A stretch of 64,000 nt of DNA, taken from Nitrospirota bacterium. Lineage in GTDB: Bacteria; Nitrospirota; JACRHL01. The translations under genes and the position numbers were made by a program. Below, piece by piece: positions 19,290-29,564 of the stretch; positions within the stretch are counted from its first letter, which is position 1, and every line of letters begins with the position of its first letter. The notes beneath the pieces were generated by a model. That model searched no databases and had not been told where the DNA came from. It saw only the letters and a program-made list of their open reading frames with translations. The DNA lies in assembly GCA_029858285.1 (NCBI GenBank), contig JAOUFN010000012.1, positions 3,470 through 67,469 of the forward strand. The letters are read 5' to 3'.

Positions 19290-19394
19290 ATGAAGAAGAA
19301 CATGGACGGCATTGTGTGGGCCTGCATCGCCTGGGGCATCGTGGTTACGATTTTCATGTTTGTCGAAGGCGGCGGCATCTGGCCGCGCGGGTAG
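19290..19394 (+). CDS. Small single-pass membrane protein (34 aa)
   Basis: MKKNMDGIVWACIAWGIVVTIFMFVEGGGIWPRG. GGAG RBS, GC3-rich codons, own downstream terminator. Alternative start 19281. Confidence 0.65.
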   Translation: MKKNMDGIVWACIAWGIVVTIFMFVEGGGIWPRG

Positions 19395-19442
19395 TTTTTT
19401 TGCGACATGGGTCGCGCGTCGGCGCCCCGCGCCGGCAGGATT

Positions 19443-19472
19443 CGGGGCGGTCCGTCAGGGCCGCCCCGTTTT
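19443..19472 (+). terminator. Rho-independent terminator
   Basis: CGGGGCGGTCC-gtca-GGGCCGCCCCG stem followed by TTTT. Confidence 0.7.
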
Positions 19473-19528
19473 CGTTGTCACCAATGCCCGTGCTTGCCCG
19501 CAATTATCCTGCGGCGAGGGAGAATTCG

Positions 19529-20626
19529 ATGTTCCGCACCCATCTGTTCCACCGTCCGGCGTCGGGAGTGCCCCTGCGGGCGGGCTCATTGCCGGGCGTT
19601 TTGCTGCTGACCCTTTCGGTCGCCCTGTTGCTCGCGTGGGCGTCCCCGTCCGCAGCGGCAGTCGTCGACCGGGTGGCCGCAGTGGTGGGCAATGAGGCCA
19701 TCACCGTGTCGGAGCTTGAGGAGCAGTGGGACCATGTGCGTCAGGATCCGCGTCTGGTGGCCCGACTGCACGACCGGGCCGCGGTGCTGTCGCGCCTGAT
19801 CGACCAGCGGCTGCAACTGGTGCGGGCCCGGGAGCTGGGGCTGGCCCCCAGGGCGGAGGAGGTGGAGGTGGAGATCAACCGGGTGATGAGCGAAAACCAC
19901 CTCCAGTCCCTGACCGAACTGACTGCCGCCCTGAACGCGGAAGGACTCACCCTGGAGGAATTCCGCCGCCACAAACGCGATGAAATCGCCCTGGTGCGGG
20001 TGGCGCAGCGCGAGGTGGTCAGCCACATCCGTCTGGGCGAGACGGCGGTCCGGCGCTATTACACGGAACACATCGACCTGTTTTCGCCGGCGCCGGTCAT
20101 GCACCTGCGCCAGATCCAGGCATCCTTTGCCGGGCTGCCCGAAGCGGAACAGGCGAGCGCCCGTCAGCGCATGCAGGAACTGGCGGCCAAAATCAGTGGC
20201 ACCGACGCCTTTCTGACCGCAGAGCGGGAACTGGCGGGCACCCCCGGCATGTCGGTGGGCGAAATCGGTACCGTTTCCCTTGCTGACCTGCGCCCGGAAC
20301 TGGCGCGGGCGGTACACCTGTTACAGACCGGACAGGTGAGTGCGGTGGTGGATATTCCAGGAACCGGGGGCGGGGGGGGCGGCGTGGCCCTGTTCCTGGC
20401 CCAGGAAGTGCGGCGCGAGGCGCCGCGCCCGTTCAGCGAAGTCGGCGACACCGTGCGCGAACTGGCCACCCGCGAGGAGGCGGATCGGCGCGTGGGCGAG
20501 TGGCTTGCCTCCCTGCGCCGCGAAGCGCATATCGTGATTCTTTCCCTGGGCGAGGATGCCCAGGCATTGGCACCGGTCCCGGCTCCGGAATCGGCGTCCG
20601 CACCGGTCCCGGCGCCCGCCCCCTGA
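19529..20626 (+). CDS. surA: SurA-family periplasmic chaperone/PPIase
   Basis: Signal peptide, VVDRVAAVVGNEAIT.SEL, LIDQRLQL, degenerate parvulin domain, C-terminal LRREAHI. Confidence 0.8.
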   Translation: MFRTHLFHRPASGVPLRAGSLPGVLLLTLSVALLLAWASPSAAAVVDRVAAVVGNEAITVSELEEQWDHVRQDPRLVARLHDRAAVLSRLIDQRLQLVRARELGLAPRAEEVEVEINRVMSENHLQSLTELTAALNAEGLTLEEFRRHKRDEIALVRVAQREVVSHIRLGETAVRRYYTEHIDLFSPAPVMHLRQIQASFAGLPEAEQASARQRMQELAAKISGTDAFLTAERELAGTPGMSVGEIGTVSLADLRPELARAVHLLQTGQVSAVVDIPGTGGGGGGVALFLAQEVRREAPRPFSEVGDTVRELATREEADRRVGEWLASLRREAHIVILSLGEDAQALAPVPAPESASAPVPAPAP

Positions 20627-20660
20627 CCCGGTCCCCTGACGGGGCCCCGGCGGGCATGGC

Positions 20661-22193
20661 TCAGGCCTGGCGCGACTGCTGGATTTCGTACTCTTCCATG
20701 TGGCGGCGGCGGTCGGCCTTGACCACCAGTTCCTTGCGCACCTCGGCCTCCAGGGCTTCCAGACTCTCCCGATCCTCTCCCATCAGGATCTCGGCCACCG
20801 CCGGGTGCACCGACAGGGTGAGCACCTTGGCCGGACGGTCGGCCGCGCTGACGCGGATCTCGCGGAACATCTCGTAGGCCACCGTGGTCGGGCTCTTGGT
20901 AAAACCGCGCCCGTCGCAGTAGCGGCACGGCTCGCAATGCACCTGTTGCAGGTTTTCGCGCTTGCGCTGGCGGCTCATTTCCACCAGCCCCAGATCGCTC
21001 ATGCGGTACAGGTTGATGCGCGCCTTGTCCTGGGACACCGCCTGTTGCAGGGCCTGGAACACCCGGTCGCGGTTGCCGGCCTCGTCCATATCGATAAAGT
21101 CGATGATGATGATGCCGCCGATGTTGCGGAAGCGCAGTTGGTGGGCGATCTCCTTGACCGCCTCCAGATTGGTTTTGGTGATGGTGTCTTCCAGGCTGCC
21201 GGTCTTGCCCACGTAGCGCCCGGTGTTGACGTCCACCACGGTGAGGGCCTCGGTGGTCTCGATGATGATGTAGCCGCCGCTTTTCAGCCACACGCGCTTG
21301 CCGAGACCGCGCGAAATCTCCGCCTCGATGTTGAAATACTCGAACAGGGGCGACGGGCCTTCATACAGGAACACCCGGTCGGCCACGCTCGGCAGGTAGG
21401 CCTGCACAAACTCCATCACCTGCTCGAAGTGGCGGCGCGAGTCGATGATCAGCCGGTCCACCTCGGGGGTGAACATGTCGCGCACGGCGCGGAAGGTGAG
21501 GTCGAGGTCCATGTGCAGCAGGCACGGGGCCTTGAGGTACTGCCACTTTTTGAGGATGTTGCCCCACAGCAGCTCCAGAAAACCCATGTCGGAGGCGAAT
21601 TCCTCCTCGGGCACGCCGGAGCTGACGGTGCGCACGATGTAGCCGCCGTTGGTGGTGGACAGGTTGTCCACGATCTCCTTCAGGCGCCGCCGCTCGCGGT
21701 CGGAACCGATGCGCCGCGAAATGCCCACGTGACGGATGCCCGGCATGAACACCAGATAACGCCCGGGCAGGGAGACATACATGGTCACCCGCGGCCCCTT
21801 GGTGGAGATCGGCTCCTTGGAAACCTGCACGATGATCTCGTCGCCGGAGCGCAGCAGCATCTCGATGGGCCGCCCGGCGGCACGGGCGCGGCGCCCCTCG
21901 CGGGGGCCACGGGAGGATTCCTCCTCGTCCGAGTCGCCGCCGATCAGGTCTTCGTAGCGCTTGTCCGGGTCGAGCACGTCGCCCACATAGAGGAAGGCGC
22001 TCTTGTCCAGGCCGATGTCCACAAACGCCGCCTGCATGCCGGGCAGCACCCGCAGCACCTTGGCCTTGTAGATGTTGCCGACAATGCCGCGCTCCTTGGT
22101 GCGTTCGGTGAACAACTGCTGGAGCAGGTCGCCCTCTAAAAGGGCGACGCGGGTTTCCTCGCGGGTGGCGTTGATGAGTATCTCTAGGGGCAC
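20661..22193 (-). CDS. rng: Ribonuclease G (Rne/Rng family)
   Basis: ETRVALLE, GNIYK...VLPGMQAAFVDIG, TEALTVVDVNTG and RNIGGIIIIDFIDM motifs. Confidence 0.95.
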   Translation of the reverse strand: MPLEILINATREETRVALLEGDLLQQLFTERTKERGIVGNIYKAKVLRVLPGMQAAFVDIGLDKSAFLYVGDVLDPDKRYEDLIGGDSDEEESSRGPREGRRARAAGRPIEMLLRSGDEIIVQVSKEPISTKGPRVTMYVSLPGRYLVFMPGIRHVGISRRIGSDRERRRLKEIVDNLSTTNGGYIVRTVSSGVPEEEFASDMGFLELLWGNILKKWQYLKAPCLLHMDLDLTFRAVRDMFTPEVDRLIIDSRRHFEQVMEFVQAYLPSVADRVFLYEGPSPLFEYFNIEAEISRGLGKRVWLKSGGYIIIETTEALTVVDVNTGRYVGKTGSLEDTITKTNLEAVKEIAHQLRFRNIGGIIIIDFIDMDEAGNRDRVFQALQQAVSQDKARINLYRMSDLGLVEMSRQRKRENLQQVHCEPCRYCDGRGFTKSPTTVAYEMFREIRVSAADRPAKVLTLSVHPAVAEILMGEDRESLEALEAEVRKELVVKADRRRHMEEYEIQQSRQA

Positions 22194-24925
22194 GAAATAA
22201 CCTGTGTATCCAGTTGCAGGGGGAGCGGATCGCGGCGGTGTGGATCCATCAGATCGTACACATGGCCGCCATCAGCATACATCAGCCCAACCCGACGAAT
22301 GTGTACGGGATTTTCCTCACTGCCCGCAAGCCCGGCGGCTTCCAGCACCTCGGAGACCCGTGCGGTGCGGTTGCCTTCCGAGCCCAGGTGCAACAGCAGG
22401 TGGCTGTCCCGCGCCTCCAGGTGGCGCAGCAGGGGCCGGAGGTCGAAGCCACGCGCCGCCGCGCCGTCCTTGCCCGGACGGCTGACCGGCAGGGTCGGCC
22501 GGGCCAGCAGGTCGGCGACGCGGGCGCCCAGATCCGGGGCCGGGCCCAGCTTCCAGCGCACTTCGTAGGCGTAAATCATCTCTTCCAGGGCCAGGCCGCG
22601 CCCGCCGGATTGCACCTCCACCGCGCCGGTGACCACGATGCCGTCCGGCAGGGAATCGTTGAAGGCGGCGCACAATTCGTCCGGCTCCACCGGGCGGGTG
22701 AGGATTACGTCCAGCACCTCGGCGGCGCTTTCCACCCCCAGGGACAGGGCCGGGCCAAAGGACAGGCGCGGGCGCGGGTGGTGGCCTTCGCTGATCGCCA
22801 CCGGCAGCTTCGAGCGCCGCACCACGCGGGCGAACAGGGCGATCAGTTCCAGGTGGGAGAGAAAGGCGAACAGACCCAGTTTGGTCCAGCGCAGACGGTA
22901 AACATGGCGCCCCCGCGCCGCTGCGGGGACGGACACCGGGGCGGCTGCGGCAAGGCCCTGGAGTTCCGGCACCAGGGGGTGGTTGAGGGTGTCTTCCGCG
23001 AGGGGCAGTTCGAACTCCCCGGCCCTCTCCCCGGCGGGTACGAATACCCGGGGCACCACCTGGGAACCGGCCACGTCCGCCGTGCACACGCCACAGTCGC
23101 CGCACAGGCCGTAGCGGCAGTCGCGGATCACCCGCTCGCGCAGGGAGCGGGCCAAGTCGGCGGCAAAATACGCCTTGCTGGTGCCGCAATCGATCATGTC
23201 CCAGGGCAAAATCTCGTCGGTGGGGATGTCGCGCTCGGCGTAGAACGCCGGGTCCAGCCCGAAATGGGCGAACACCGCCTCCCACGCAGTGGGGTCGATC
23301 ATCTCTTCCCAGGCGTCCATGCGCAGGCCGCGGCGGAAAGCCTCCTCCACCACCGGTGCCAGACGCCGGTCGCCGCGGGAAAAGGCCCCCTCCAGACGCG
23401 ACACGCGTTCGTCCTTCCAGGTAAAGCGCGCACCGCGCACGTCGCGCAGGCGTTCCCGCAAGTGACGGCGGCGGCGCTCCACCTCGTCCATGGGCATCTG
23501 GCCGATCCACTGGAACGGCGTCATCGGTTTGGGCACATAGACCGAGGTGCTGACCTTGATCTGGCGCGGCTTGCCACCCAGACTGCGGCCCACCGACAGG
23601 GCCTCCCGCGCCAGCCGGACGATACCGTCCAGGTCTTCCAGCTCCTCGGTGGGCAGGCCGTACATGAAGTAGAATTTGATCTCCGGCCAGCCCTCGGAAA
23701 ACACGTTGCGCACGGCGGTCAGCAGGTCGGCCTCGGAGATGGGCTTGTTGATGACCTGGCGCAGGCGTTCGGAACCCGCCTCCGGGGCCATGGTGAAGCC
23801 GGTTTTGGTGACCCTCTTGATTTGCCGCACCACCGCCGGGGTCAGGGTGCCGATGCGCAGGGACGGAAGGGAATAGGCGATGCCCTGCTCGGCGGTGCGG
23901 TCCACCAGGTCCTTGAGAAGGGGGTAAAGGCACAGGTAGTCGCCGGTGGACAGGGACGCCAGGGACACCTGATCGAGGCCGGTGTCGCGCAGGGAACCCA
24001 GCACCAGTTCGCGCACCCGCTCCGGGGAGCGCTCGCGTACCGGGCGGTAGGTGTAACCCGCCTGACAGAAGCGGCAGCCGTGGGTGCAGCCACGGGTGAC
24101 CTCCACGCTGATGCGGTCGAACACCGCGCGGGCGCTGGGCAGCACCGGATCGGTGGGGTAGAAGGCGCCGTCCAGGTCCGCCACCACGCGGCGCAGCACC
24201 GTGGCCGGAGCCCCCTCGGCGGGGACGATGGCCGCCACCCGGCCGTCGGCATGGTGTTCCACCCGGTACAGGGAGGGAACATAGACGCCGGGGATGCGCG
24301 CCAGCGCCGCCAGCACCTCGGTGCGGCTGCCGCCGGACTCGCGCCAGTCCCGCGCCGTGTCCAGCAGTTCGTGGATCACCTCTTCGCCGTCGCCGATCAC
24401 GAAAGCATCGAAAAAAGGCGCCAGCGGCTCCGGGTTGTAGACGGCGGCGCCGCCACCGATCACCAGGGGATGGCGTTCGTCCCGCCGTTCCGCGTGCAGC
24501 GGGATGCCCGCCAGGTCGATCACCGCCAGAATATTAGTGAAGGTGAGTTCGTAGGGGATGGAGATGCCGAGAATGTCGAAATCGGCCAGCGACCGCCCGC
24601 TCTCCAGCGCCGTCAGGGGACGCCCGCGCCGCCGCAGCGCCTGTTCATGGTCGGGCCACGGGGTGTAGGCGCGGTCCGCCAGGGCATCGGTGCGGCTGTT
24701 GACGATGCGGTAGAGAATCTGCAACCCCATGTTGGAGATGCCGATTTCGTAGGCGTCGGGAAAGATCAGCGCCATGCGCACCCGGGCGTCGGCCCACGGC
24801 TTGTGCGCGGCATTGGTTTCGCCACCGATGTAGCGCGACGGACGCTCCACCCCCGCCAACAGCGCGAAGGTGTCGAAATCCGGTTCCGGCAGCGGGACCG
24901 GGGCCCCATGGGTGTTGTGATGCAT
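22184..24925 (-). CDS. TIGR03960 B12-binding radical SAM protein fused to a TIGR03936 (DUF2344) domain
   Basis: PSRYIGGE, FPDAYEIG, RGCTHGCRFCQAG (CxxxCxxC), APEAGSER, C-terminal FLSHLE...PRPRLSFGPAL. Start 24925 or 24970. Confidence 0.92.
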   Translation of the reverse strand: MHHNTHGAPVPLPEPDFDTFALLAGVERPSRYIGGETNAAHKPWADARVRMALIFPDAYEIGISNMGLQILYRIVNSRTDALADRAYTPWPDHEQALRRRGRPLTALESGRSLADFDILGISIPYELTFTNILAVIDLAGIPLHAERRDERHPLVIGGGAAVYNPEPLAPFFDAFVIGDGEEVIHELLDTARDWRESGGSRTEVLAALARIPGVYVPSLYRVEHHADGRVAAIVPAEGAPATVLRRVVADLDGAFYPTDPVLPSARAVFDRISVEVTRGCTHGCRFCQAGYTYRPVRERSPERVRELVLGSLRDTGLDQVSLASLSTGDYLCLYPLLKDLVDRTAEQGIAYSLPSLRIGTLTPAVVRQIKRVTKTGFTMAPEAGSERLRQVINKPISEADLLTAVRNVFSEGWPEIKFYFMYGLPTEELEDLDGIVRLAREALSVGRSLGGKPRQIKVSTSVYVPKPMTPFQWIGQMPMDEVERRRRHLRERLRDVRGARFTWKDERVSRLEGAFSRGDRRLAPVVEEAFRRGLRMDAWEEMIDPTAWEAVFAHFGLDPAFYAERDIPTDEILPWDMIDCGTSKAYFAADLARSLRERVIRDCRYGLCGDCGVCTADVAGSQVVPRVFVPAGERAGEFELPLAEDTLNHPLVPELQGLAAAAPVSVPAAARGRHVYRLRWTKLGLFAFLSHLELIALFARVVRRSKLPVAISEGHHPRPRLSFGPALSLGVESAAEVLDVILTRPVEPDELCAAFNDSLPDGIVVTGAVEVQSGGRGLALEEMIYAYEVRWKLGPAPDLGARVADLLARPTLPVSRPGKDGAAARGFDLRPLLRHLEARDSHLLLHLGSEGNRTARVSEVLEAAGLAGSEENPVHIRRVGLMYADGGHVYDLMDPHRRDPLPLQLDTQVISCP

Positions 24926-25079
24926 CGAAAAATTATCTGATGCCAGCGCTGGCGGCAGGGCTGGCGGCAATCAGCGGTACGATCAGCGGTACAAAATGCG
25001 GCGGCCCCAAAAATCCGTCAGCACCGGACGGACCCGGCAATCCCGGAAGCCCGCACGGACAACGCGGGCCGCCGTGAAA

Positions 25080-26204
25080 TCAGCGGTACATGCTGATGTG
25101 CCGCTGCAGGTGAACGTTGGAAAGAATGCCGAGGGCGGCCATGTTGGTCACCAGGGCAGTGCCGCCATAACTCATCAGCGGCAACGGCACCCCCACCACG
25201 GGCATCAGCCCCAGTGTCATGCCCAAATTCACGAAAACGTAGAACGTTAACATGCAGACGATGGCCGCGGCAAGCAGCGTGCCCTCGATGTCCCGCGAAC
25301 GGCGGGCAATGTCCAGCCCGCGCCAGATCAATCCGGCAAACAGGGACAGCAGCACCATGACCCCCAAAAAACCCCACTGCTCGGCAAATACCGCAAAGAT
25401 GAAGTCGGTGTGGCCCTCCGGCAGGAACTTGAGCTGGCTCTGGCTGCCCTGCAGAAAACCCTGCCCCACCACCCCCCCGGCGCCAATGGCGATTTTGGAC
25501 TGCATTACGTGATAGCCCGCCCCCAGGGGGTCGGCCTCGGGATCGAAGAAGGTTACCAGGCGGTTACGCTGGTAGGAGTGCAGGCTGTTCCAGAAAAATT
25601 CCCAGAAAAACGGCAGGATCAGGGCCGTCGCCAGAACCATGGAGATCAGCGAACGCGGCCGGATGCCGGCAATCAGCACCATCACCCCGAACAGGAACAG
25701 GATCATCAGCGCCGACCCCAGATCCGGCTGCTTGAGCACCATGACCGCGGGGATGAAGGCCAGGGCTCCGGGAATCAGCAACTCGCGGAAACGAAACCCT
25801 CCCGCCGGCACCCGGTCCGCCAGATAGCGGGTCAACAGCAGCAGCACCGCCAGGCGCGCCAGCTCCGAGGGTTGCAGGCTGAGCCCGCCAATCTGCACCC
25901 AGCGCTGCGCCCCCATGCCCACCTTGCCGATGGCCAGCACCACCCCCAGCAGGATGATGGCCGTCCAATAGATGTAGGCGGCCGCCTTGAGCAGCCGGTG
26001 GTAGTCGAAGGCGGACAGCGCCACAAACACCACCATTCCCGCCAGTGCCCAGACCATCTGCTTGAGATACAGGGGCACCTCACCCCGCGTCCACTGGTCG
26101 GTGACGGAAAAAATGGTGGTGATGCCAAGAAACAGCAGGGCCAGGATGAAACCCACCAGCTTCCAGTCCAGGTGCAGAAAGAAGCGACGATCGACGGTGA
26201 ACAT
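25080..26204 (-). CDS. rodA: Rod shape-determining protein RodA (SEDS)
   Basis: GAQRW, QPSE, QPDLG, YQRNRL, PEGHTDFIF and GVPLPLMSYGG motifs. Confidence 0.96.
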   Translation of the reverse strand: MFTVDRRFFLHLDWKLVGFILALLFLGITTIFSVTDQWTRGEVPLYLKQMVWALAGMVVFVALSAFDYHRLLKAAAYIYWTAIILLGVVLAIGKVGMGAQRWVQIGGLSLQPSELARLAVLLLLTRYLADRVPAGGFRFRELLIPGALAFIPAVMVLKQPDLGSALMILFLFGVMVLIAGIRPRSLISMVLATALILPFFWEFFWNSLHSYQRNRLVTFFDPEADPLGAGYHVMQSKIAIGAGGVVGQGFLQGSQSQLKFLPEGHTDFIFAVFAEQWGFLGVMVLLSLFAGLIWRGLDIARRSRDIEGTLLAAAIVCMLTFYVFVNLGMTLGLMPVVGVPLPLMSYGGTALVTNMAALGILSNVHLQRHISMYR

Positions 26205-28084
26205 CAGGTGGCCTCCCGTTCCCGATGGCGCTGTTCCAGCACCTTGTACAGTTCCTCGTCCGGCGGCGCCAGGCCGCGCTGGGTGATGTAGGATTCAATC
26301 ACCTGCCGCGCCACCGGCGCCGAGGCGCCGCCACCGTGGGCGCCATGCTCCACCAGCACGCCGACCGCAATCACCGGGTTGTCCACCGGGGCGAAGGCGG
26401 CAAACCAGGCGTGGTCGCGCAGCTTCAGGGGCACTTTGTCGTCCGCCATTTCGCGCATTTCGTCACTCTGGGAGACCACCTGGGCGGTGCCGGTCTTGCC
26501 GGCCACCGTCACCAATTTGCTGCGCGCGGCGTGGGCGGTGCCGTGGGGGTCGACCACGACACCGGCCATGGCCGCGTGCAGGGCCGTATAGGTGGAGGGC
26601 GACAGTTCCACCGTCTGCAAGCGGCGCGACGGTGCCGGTTTGAGGGCGTCAAGCTGGCTGTCCCACACCCCCAACTGCACCCGTGGCACAAAGCGTTGGC
26701 CGTTCATGCCGACGGCCGCCATCAACTGGGCGATTTGCAACGGCGTGGTGGACACATAACCCTGGCCGATCACCACCGAAAGGGTTTCACCCGGATACCA
26801 GACCTGCCCGCGCGCCCTCTTTTTCCACTCCGTGGACGGAATCAGGCCGGGGGACTCGCCCCCCAGGTCGATGCCGGAAAGCTTGCCCAGACCAAAGCGG
26901 GTGGCGAAATCGGCAATGGCGTCCACCCCCAGTTCATCGCCGTACTGGTAAAAAAAGACGTCGCAGCTCTGCACCACGGCCTGGTACAAATCCACCAACC
27001 CGTGGCCCTGCTTCTTCCAGTCGCGGAAGGTGCGGTTGCCAAAGCGGTACTGGCCGATGCAAAAACGGTCCTGGCCGCCGTGAAATTTTTCCAGCACCGC
27101 CGCCGCCACCGGAATCTTGAACACGGAGCCGGGGGGGTAGGTGCCCTGCAACACACGGTTGAACAGCGGGCGCTCCGGATCGGTGATGATCTCCTTCCAG
27201 CGCTTGCTATCCACACCCCGGGCCAGTTCATCGGGGGAGAACTCCGGGTGGCTGACCAGCGCCAGCACCTGGCCGTTGCGCGGGTCGATCGCGATCACCG
27301 CCCCGGCACGGTCCCCCAGAGCCTCCTCCGCGACCCGCTGCACCTCCATGTCGATGGACAGGTACAGGTCGTTGCCAACCACCGGCGGCTGACGCTCGAT
27401 TTCGCCGGTTTCAAAGCCCTGGGCGTCCACCTCGATCTGGCGGGCGCCGTCCACCCCGCGCAGGGCGGCGTCATAGGAGCGTTCCACTCCGTACTGCCCC
27501 ACCTGGGCGCCAGGCAACACACCGAGGAAGGCATTGTCACCCAGTTGCTTTTCGGTCACCTCGCTGACGTAGCCCAGCACATGGGCGGCGGCGTTGCCGT
27601 AGGGATACTGGCGGCGGGTCTCGGCGACCACCCGCACGCCGGGAAGGCGCGCCCACTCCACCTCCGCCACCTGATCCATGGTCAGGTCGGTCTGCACGGT
27701 CACCGGCAGGTAGGGCACGGAACGGCGCTGACGGCGGGCCTGCTCCTTGATATGCCCCGCGTCCAGTCCGAGCATCTCGCCCACCTGATCTGCGGTGGCG
27801 TTCAGATCCTTGATGTCGTCCAGCACCAGCGCCAGGGAAAAGGTGGGCGTGTTGATGACCACCTGACGGCCGGCACGGTCAAAGATCAGGCCGCGATCGG
27901 ACGGCTCCACCACCTCGCGGATGCGGTTGCTGGTAGCCAGTTTGAGGTACTTTTCGTGTTGCAGAACCTGCAGGAACCAACTGCGCGACAGCAGGGACAC
28001 AAAGCCCAGGGTGATCACCACCGTGGCCAGCGCCAGCCGCTGGCGGATGGTCCAGCCCAGGGCGTCCCGTTCCAGGGTGATCAT
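26204..28084 (-). CDS. mrdA: Penicillin-binding protein 2
   Basis: RGLIFDR, SVFK (SxxK), SCD, KTGTAQ and DHAWF motifs. Within the mre operon. Confidence 0.96.
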   Translation of the reverse strand: MITLERDALGWTIRQRLALATVVITLGFVSLLSRSWFLQVLQHEKYLKLATSNRIREVVEPSDRGLIFDRAGRQVVINTPTFSLALVLDDIKDLNATADQVGEMLGLDAGHIKEQARRQRRSVPYLPVTVQTDLTMDQVAEVEWARLPGVRVVAETRRQYPYGNAAAHVLGYVSEVTEKQLGDNAFLGVLPGAQVGQYGVERSYDAALRGVDGARQIEVDAQGFETGEIERQPPVVGNDLYLSIDMEVQRVAEEALGDRAGAVIAIDPRNGQVLALVSHPEFSPDELARGVDSKRWKEIITDPERPLFNRVLQGTYPPGSVFKIPVAAAVLEKFHGGQDRFCIGQYRFGNRTFRDWKKQGHGLVDLYQAVVQSCDVFFYQYGDELGVDAIADFATRFGLGKLSGIDLGGESPGLIPSTEWKKRARGQVWYPGETLSVVIGQGYVSTTPLQIAQLMAAVGMNGQRFVPRVQLGVWDSQLDALKPAPSRRLQTVELSPSTYTALHAAMAGVVVDPHGTAHAARSKLVTVAGKTGTAQVVSQSDEMREMADDKVPLKLRDHAWFAAFAPVDNPVIAVGVLVEHGAHGGGASAPVARQVIESYITQRGLAPPDEELYKVLEQRHREREAT

Positions 28085-28581
28085 ATTTCCTGGCGCCCCC
28101 TGGCGTCATCCCCGGCGTACAGCAGCAAGACCGCACCCCACAGGCTGTTCATCAGCACCGCCGGTATCAGTTCGTGCCATACCAGCCAGAAATCGAACAC
28201 CAGGAACCCCGCCATGCTGTACATCACGGCGCTGAACAACTCCGCCAGCAGCATGAACACCCCCAGCAGGATCAGCTTCTGGGGCATTGCAATCTCCGGC
28301 AACAGGCGCGGCAGCAACGCCGCACCGGCACCCACCAGGGGCAGCAGCAGCAGGTTCAGCCCCACCCCGCCGGCGGTAAACCGGTCGTACAGCAGTCCGA
28401 GCCCAAACCCGGCCACCACGCCCACCCCCTCTCCCAGCGCCAGCCCGCACACGAAGACCAGCACCAGACCCAGGTGCGGTATCCAAACCTCGGGTAACAG
28501 GATGGGCAGGATGCGCAGTTGCAGGGGAATTATGCTGACCGCGACCACCAGGGCCAGCAGCCAGTCGCTCCAGCGGTTCAC
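28081..28581 (-). CDS. mreD: Rod shape-determining protein MreD
   Basis: Hydrophobic, with a GFGLGLLYD motif. Between mreC and mrdA. Confidence 0.85.
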   Translation of the reverse strand: MNRWSDWLLALVVAVSIIPLQLRILPILLPEVWIPHLGLVLVFVCGLALGEGVGVVAGFGLGLLYDRFTAGGVGLNLLLLPLVGAGAALLPRLLPEIAMPQKLILLGVFMLLAELFSAVMYSMAGFLVFDFWLVWHELIPAVLMNSLWGAVLLLYAGDDARGRQEI

Positions 28582-29552
28582 GGCTTCTGCTCCGGTTCGT
28601 CCCCGGCCAGCTCGCCGGAAACCTCCGAGGCCTGCTCGCGGGCGGCAACCGCGGAGTCCACGCTGGGCCCGGCATCCGTCCTGGGTGTGCCGGTGGCGAT
28701 GATCACCACCTGCTCCAGGGTGTCCAGGCGGGTGGCGGGCACCACGTAGACCTTGAGGAAGGCGTCGGTCTTCTCGCGCACCACGCGCACCACCGTGCCC
28801 ACCGGGATACCGGGGGGAAACCGGCCCGACAGGCCGGAGGTCACCACCACATCCCCCGGCAGCACGTCGGCGGAGCGGTGGATGTAGCGCATTTCGGCCA
28901 CCAGCGGCACCCCCTCCACGGCGGCGCGCTCGGTGGCGCTCAAGGGGCGCAGTGTGGAGGGGCTCAGCCCGCCCACCAGAATTCCGGAGTGGCGGGAGCG
29001 CTGCACCCGTACCGGAATCACCGTGCCGCGATTATGCACCGCCAGTATCTCGGCGGTGTTGCCGGTGGCCTTGGCCACACGCCCGACCACCCCCAGGGGC
29101 GACAGCACCGCATCGCCGGAGCGGATGCCGACGTTCTCGCCTCGATCCACCAGCAGGGCGTCAAACCAGTGGCTGGCGTCGCCGCCGATGACCTGCGCCA
29201 GCACCCCCTTGGGGAAGGTGGAGGAGAAGCCCAGGTTTTTCTCCAGTGTATCGAGACGCACCACGGCGTCACGGCTGGCGGTGATCTCCTCCTGCAGGGC
29301 GTTGATTTCGGCGTGGAGCTGGAGATTGTCGCGGTAAACGTCCCCCAGCGCCACGTACTCGTGCCACGCGTTGCCGGACCATTTGGCGATGCCGTCGGAG
29401 ATGCTCACCAGTCCGGCGGAAGCCCACACAAACGGCGCCTCGATCAGCGACATGGGCCGCTTACGGGTCTGTGGGAACAGGATGAAGAGGGCAACCGCGC
29501 ATACCAGAAGCGCCCACACCCAGCGCCCCCCTCGCCGCCGCCTCGCAACCAT
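28578..29552 (-). CDS. mreC: Rod shape-determining protein MreC
   Basis: N-terminal TM, coiled coil, DRG...GI, GVVGRV, GDVVVTSGL...FPPGIPVG. Confidence 0.93.
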   Translation of the reverse strand: MVARRRRGGRWVWALLVCAVALFILFPQTRKRPMSLIEAPFVWASAGLVSISDGIAKWSGNAWHEYVALGDVYRDNLQLHAEINALQEEITASRDAVVRLDTLEKNLGFSSTFPKGVLAQVIGGDASHWFDALLVDRGENVGIRSGDAVLSPLGVVGRVAKATGNTAEILAVHNRGTVIPVRVQRSRHSGILVGGLSPSTLRPLSATERAAVEGVPLVAEMRYIHRSADVLPGDVVVTSGLSGRFPPGIPVGTVVRVVREKTDAFLKVYVVPATRLDTLEQVVIIATGTPRTDAGPSVDSAVAAREQASEVSGELAGDEPEQKP

Positions 29553-29564
29553 GGCTCAGCCCTT

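Noticed and set aside
22184..24925. Radical SAM/DUF2344 fusion as a novelty
   Set aside because: The TIGR03960-TIGR03936 fusion between rodA and rng is an already known arrangement.
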